Shown here in pieces: positions 60,918 to 64,000 of a stretch of DNA of 64,000 bases. Below the pieces are notes generated by a model that was not told where the DNA came from, did no database searches, and was given only the letters and a program-made list of their open reading frames with translations. Position 1 is the first letter of the stretch, and each line of letters begins with the position of its first letter. This DNA comes from Candidatus Eiseniibacteriota bacterium (GTDB lineage: Bacteria > Eisenbacteria > RBG-16-71-46), in contig CAVUWA010000009.1 of assembly GCA_963744995.1 (NCBI GenBank), forward strand, positions 384,001 to 448,000, read 5' to 3'. A program made the position numbers and the translations under genes.

Positions 60918-61597
60918 CCGATTCGGCCCTCGGGGCCGCGACCAGCGTCGCGTTCTGCGTGATCCTCGGCTACGTGTGCGGCTCGCTGCCGTTCGCCCTG
61001 TGGCTCGGGCGCTGGTGGCGCGGGGTGGACGTGCGCAGCGCCGGGTCCGGCAATCTCGGCGCGACCAATGTCTACCGCACGCTGGGTCCCGCGGTCGGCA
61101 TCCCGGTGCTGCTGCTCGACGTGTCGAAGGGGGCGATTCCCGTCTGGACCCTGCCGCGCCTCGCCCCGGCCGCGCACTTTCCGGGCGGCATGGAATGGTG
61201 CGCCATTGCGGTGGGGCTGGCGGCGATCCTCGGTCACATGTTCACGTTCCTCGCCGGCTTTCGCGGCGGCAAGGGAGTCGCGACCACGGTGGGCGCGCTG
61301 CTCTCGCTGGCACCCCTCGCCTTTCTCGCGTTCGTGGTCGTGTTCTTCGCGACCCTGCTCGCGACCCGCTTCGTCTCGCTCGGCTCGATCCTCGGCGCTC
61401 TGGCATTCGCCGTGGCGCTGCCGTTCACGCGGGCGGGGGGCATCGCGAGCCCGACGTTTGTGTTCGGCGTGCTGGTCGCCGTGCTGATCATCCTGCGCCA
61501 CCGGCCGAACATCGAGCGGCTGCTCCGCGGAACCGAATCACGTCTCTCGTTCCGGCGCACCCCCGGTGCCGGCAACGGCAGGGCGGGCGCGCCGTGA
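60914..61597 (+). CDS. plsY: Glycerol-3-phosphate acyltransferase PlsY
   Basis: GSGNLGATNV.R, DVSKG, GH...F.GGKGVAT, RHRPNI.RL. Confidence 0.95.
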   Translation: MTDSALGAATSVAFCVILGYVCGSLPFALWLGRWWRGVDVRSAGSGNLGATNVYRTLGPAVGIPVLLLDVSKGAIPVWTLPRLAPAAHFPGGMEWCAIAVGLAAILGHMFTFLAGFRGGKGVATTVGALLSLAPLAFLAFVVVFFATLLATRFVSLGSILGALAFAVALPFTRAGGIASPTFVFGVLVAVLIILRHRPNIERLLRGTESRLSFRRTPGAGNGRAGAP

Positions 61598-62583
61598 GCC
61601 GGGTCGCCGTCATCGGCGCGGGCTCATGGGGCACGACGCTCGCAGTGCTGCTCGCCAGCGCGGGGCACGAGGTGTCGCTGTGGGGTAACGAGGCGGCCGA
61701 TCTGGCTGAGATGGAGCGGGTGCGCGAGAACCGGAAGTTTTTGCCTGGCATCGCCCTGCCCCCGGGGATTAAGGTGCAACCGGAACTGGAACGGGTACTT
61801 GGAAGCGTGGAGTTCGGCTGGATCGTGGTGCCGTCGCACGCGGTGCGCGCGGTGACCGGGCGCATCGCCCGGCTCGGCGTCCGGACGACGTGGGTATGCG
61901 CGTCGAAGGGGCTCGAGCTGGGGACGCTCAAACGGCTGTCCGAGGTCCTCGCCGAAACACTGGACGAGGCGGATCCGGTGATCGTCACCGGCCCGAGCCA
62001 CGCCGAAGAGGTGAGCCGCGGCATCCCGACGAGCGTCGTGGCCGCCGCGCACAGCGAGGCGCGGGCCCGCGCGGTCCAGCAGCTGTGCGCGACCGACCTG
62101 TTCCGCGTGTACACGAACGACGACGTGCCCGGCTGCGAATACGGCGCCGCGCTCAAGAACGTGATCGCCATCGCCGCGGGCGTCTGCGATGGAGTGGGGT
62201 TCGGCGACAACACGAAGGGGGCACTGCTCACGCGCGGGCTCGCGGAGATGTCGCGGCTCGGCGAAGCGCTGGGTGGACGCAGGGAGACGTTCTTCGGTCT
62301 GACGGGACTCGGCGATCTGATCGCCACCGGCATGAGCCGGCACAGCCGCAATCGCCGGGTCGGTGAAGCGCTCGGGCGGGGCCAGCCGCTCACGGAGGTG
62401 CTGGCCGGAATGGAGATGGTCGCGGAGGGCGTCAACACCGCCCGGGCCGCGCGGGAGCTTGGCCAGGCGCACGGCATCGAGTTGCCGATCACCGAACAGG
62501 TATGTGCGCTGCTGTTCGAGGGCCGCCACCCACGTGACGCGATGCGCGCTCTGATGGCGCGCGATCTGAAACGCGAGGCGTGA
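61594..62583 (+). CDS. gpsA: NAD(P)H-dependent glycerol-3-phosphate dehydrogenase
   Basis: IGAGSWGT, SKGLE, GPSHAEEV, ALKNVIAIA, GDL..T..S.HSRN. Confidence 0.96.
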   Translation: MSRVAVIGAGSWGTTLAVLLASAGHEVSLWGNEAADLAEMERVRENRKFLPGIALPPGIKVQPELERVLGSVEFGWIVVPSHAVRAVTGRIARLGVRTTWVCASKGLELGTLKRLSEVLAETLDEADPVIVTGPSHAEEVSRGIPTSVVAAAHSEARARAVQQLCATDLFRVYTNDDVPGCEYGAALKNVIAIAAGVCDGVGFGDNTKGALLTRGLAEMSRLGEALGGRRETFFGLTGLGDLIATGMSRHSRNRRVGEALGRGQPLTEVLAGMEMVAEGVNTARAARELGQAHGIELPITEQVCALLFEGRHPRDAMRALMARDLKREA

Positions 62584-62605
62584 GCCAGGCGGCAGGAGGG
62601 AATGG

Positions 62606-62980
62606 ATGACCCCGATCAGGACCGACACCGGGCTCGAAGGCAAGATGTACCGCCCGATCAGCGAAGTCAGCGAAATGGTCGGCGTGAAGCCGCACGTGCT
62701 GCGGTACTGGGAGACCCAGTTCAGCATGCTGCGGCCGCGGAAGAACCGCGCCGGGAACCGCATGTACCGGCCCGAGGAGATCAAGATGCTGCTGCGCATC
62801 AAGGATCTTCTCTACGCGCGCCGCTTCACGATCGCCGGTGCGCGGCGGCGCCTGCTGGACGAACGCAGGGACACGCCGCAGATCGACATGGGGTTCGATC
62901 ACGCCGATCGTACCGTGGTGATCCACGAGGTGAAGGAAGAGCTGCGCCGCATTGCGGCGCGCCTGCGTGACGCGCGCTGA
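62606..62980 (+). CDS. MerR family transcriptional regulator
   Basis: ISEVS..VGVKPHVLRYWE.QF..LRP.K...GNRMY. Confidence 0.92.
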   Translation: MTPIRTDTGLEGKMYRPISEVSEMVGVKPHVLRYWETQFSMLRPRKNRAGNRMYRPEEIKMLLRIKDLLYARRFTIAGARRRLLDERRDTPQIDMGFDHADRTVVIHEVKEELRRIAARLRDAR

Positions 62981-63103
62981 CGGCGGACGGCGCCGGGCGG
63001 CGTCGTGCGGCGCTGAGGGCGCGCGCAAGGACGTGCCCTACTTGCGGGATCCGCGCGGCTTCCCGTAAATTCTCCCGCGGCGGAACTTGCGGGTTCCCCG
63101 GGT

Positions 63104-63180
63104 CGGGGCGTAGCGCAGCCTGGTAGCGCACCTGCATGGGGGGCAGGTGGTCGCTGGTTCAAATCCAGTCGCCCCGACCA
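63104..63180 (+). tRNA. tRNA-Pro (anticodon GGG)
   Basis: CGGGGCG/CGCCCCG acceptor, TAGCGCAGCCTGGTAGCGC, stem CCTGC/GCAGG with loop ATGGGGG, GGTTCAAATCC, CCA; 77 nt. Confidence 0.96.
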
Positions 63181-63240
63181 TCTTCTTCTTTCCCGCGCCC
63201 ATCGCGAGCCCGTGCCGGCGCTTCCGGAGGAATCGGTTTC

Positions 63241-63948
63241 ATGCGCGTGGCCGCTCTCGTGCCCGCCTATCAGGCTGCGGCCCACCTCGGCGAAGTCCTG
63301 ATGCGGCTGCAGGCGCTCGATCCGCCACCCGACGTGCTGGTCGTGGACGACGGGTCGCGCGACGCAACCGCGGAGGTGGCCCGCCAGTTCGGCGCCCGGG
63401 TGATCTCGTTCGCCGGCAACCGCGGCAAGGGCCACGCGCTGCTCGAGGGGTTCCGGGCGCTGGCCGACCACGATGCGGTGGTGACGCTCGACGCGGACGG
63501 GCAGCATCCGCCCGAGTGTTTTCCTGATTTCGTGCGCGGCGCGGCCACAGCCGACATCGTGCTGGGGCGCCGCGAACGGACGCCCGACATGCCCGTCGGC
63601 CGCCGTTTCGCCAACTGGTTTTCATCGAGCTGGTCGTCGCAGCTCGCCGGCCAGCGCGTGGAGGACAGCCAGTGCGGCTATCGGCTGTACCGGCGTGAGG
63701 TGCTCGAGCGCACGCCGCTCACGCCCGGTCGCTACGAGCTCGAATCGGAGGTCGTGGTGCGTGCGGCGCGGCTCGGCTTCCGCCTCACCCACGTGAGCAT
63801 CCCCACCGTGTACGGAGAGGAGAAGAGCCAGCTGAGCGCGTTCCGCGACGTGCCACGCATCGTCGGGACGCTGCTCCGGCTCACCCTCGAAGGGGTCCTG
63901 CCGCCGCGCGCGATGCGCGATGCCACGCTCGGGGCCGGCCGCACGTGA
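63241..63948 (+). CDS. Glycosyltransferase family 2 (DPM1-like)
   Basis: VPAY, VVDDGSRD, NRGKG, LDADGQH, DSQCGYR. Confidence 0.9.
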   Translation: MRVAALVPAYQAAAHLGEVLMRLQALDPPPDVLVVDDGSRDATAEVARQFGARVISFAGNRGKGHALLEGFRALADHDAVVTLDADGQHPPECFPDFVRGAATADIVLGRRERTPDMPVGRRFANWFSSSWSSQLAGQRVEDSQCGYRLYRREVLERTPLTPGRYELESEVVVRAARLGFRLTHVSIPTVYGEEKSQLSAFRDVPRIVGTLLRLTLEGVLPPRAMRDATLGAGRT

Positions 63949-64000
63949 GGATCCTGATCACCAACGACGACGGGATCTTCGCACCGGCCCTGCTCAAACT
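63945..64000 (+). CDS. surE: 5'/3'-nucleotidase SurE, N-terminus only (runs off window)
   Basis: GTG start, translation (M)RILITNDDGIFAP matches the SurE TNDDG motif. Confidence 0.85.
   Translation, partial: MRILITNDDGIFAPALLK

Noticed and set aside
59477..63180. tRNA genes as integration sites for a mobile element
   Set aside because: No integrase, no duplicated tRNA 3' end seen, and flanks are ordinary housekeeping genes.

Overview
Very GC-rich (roughly 70% by eye) chromosomal window from a diderm bacterium; the gene style suggests an FCB-related candidate lineage such as Ca. Eisenbacteria, but this is inference only. It is gene-dense and almost all on the + strand, with no CRISPR array, prophage or IS detected. 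In order: 3' end of uvrA; a threonine/glycine catabolic block (tdh, kbl, gcvT, gcvH, gcvPA, gcvPB); an uncharacterised 8-gene module coupled to gcvPB (an orphan GlmL/'glutamate mutase L'-type ASKHA ATPase, a barrel-sandwich partner protein and several membrane proteins); a lipoate ligase; an Opp/Dpp ABC transporter with tandem-duplicated binding proteins; a 700-bp regulatory gap with sigma54-like and sigma70-like promoters and a long hairpin; a bacterial microcompartment (BMC) operon (2 BMC-H, 1 BMC-T, 3 BMC-P, acylating aldehyde dehydrogenase) with no signature enzyme; housekeeping genes (HU/IHF, a 31-aa bS22-like ORF missing from the ORF track, RNase R, aroA, cmk, plsC, rpsA, mutS); a minus-strand block with a YitJ-type methyltransferase/MTHFR; a SpoIVB-like S55 protease/beta-propeller/GT-C operon; pgeF; a giant SurA/PpiD-like protein; a degenerate GGDEF protein; mutL, miaA, STAS, tRNA-Gly(CCC), der, plsY, gpsA, MerR, tRNA-Pro(GGG), GT2 and the start of surE. 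The best candidates for undescribed systems are the ASKHA-ATPase/membrane module (7407-14689) and the orphan BMC locus (24337-27801). All family assignments come from motif recognition by eye, not from database searches.
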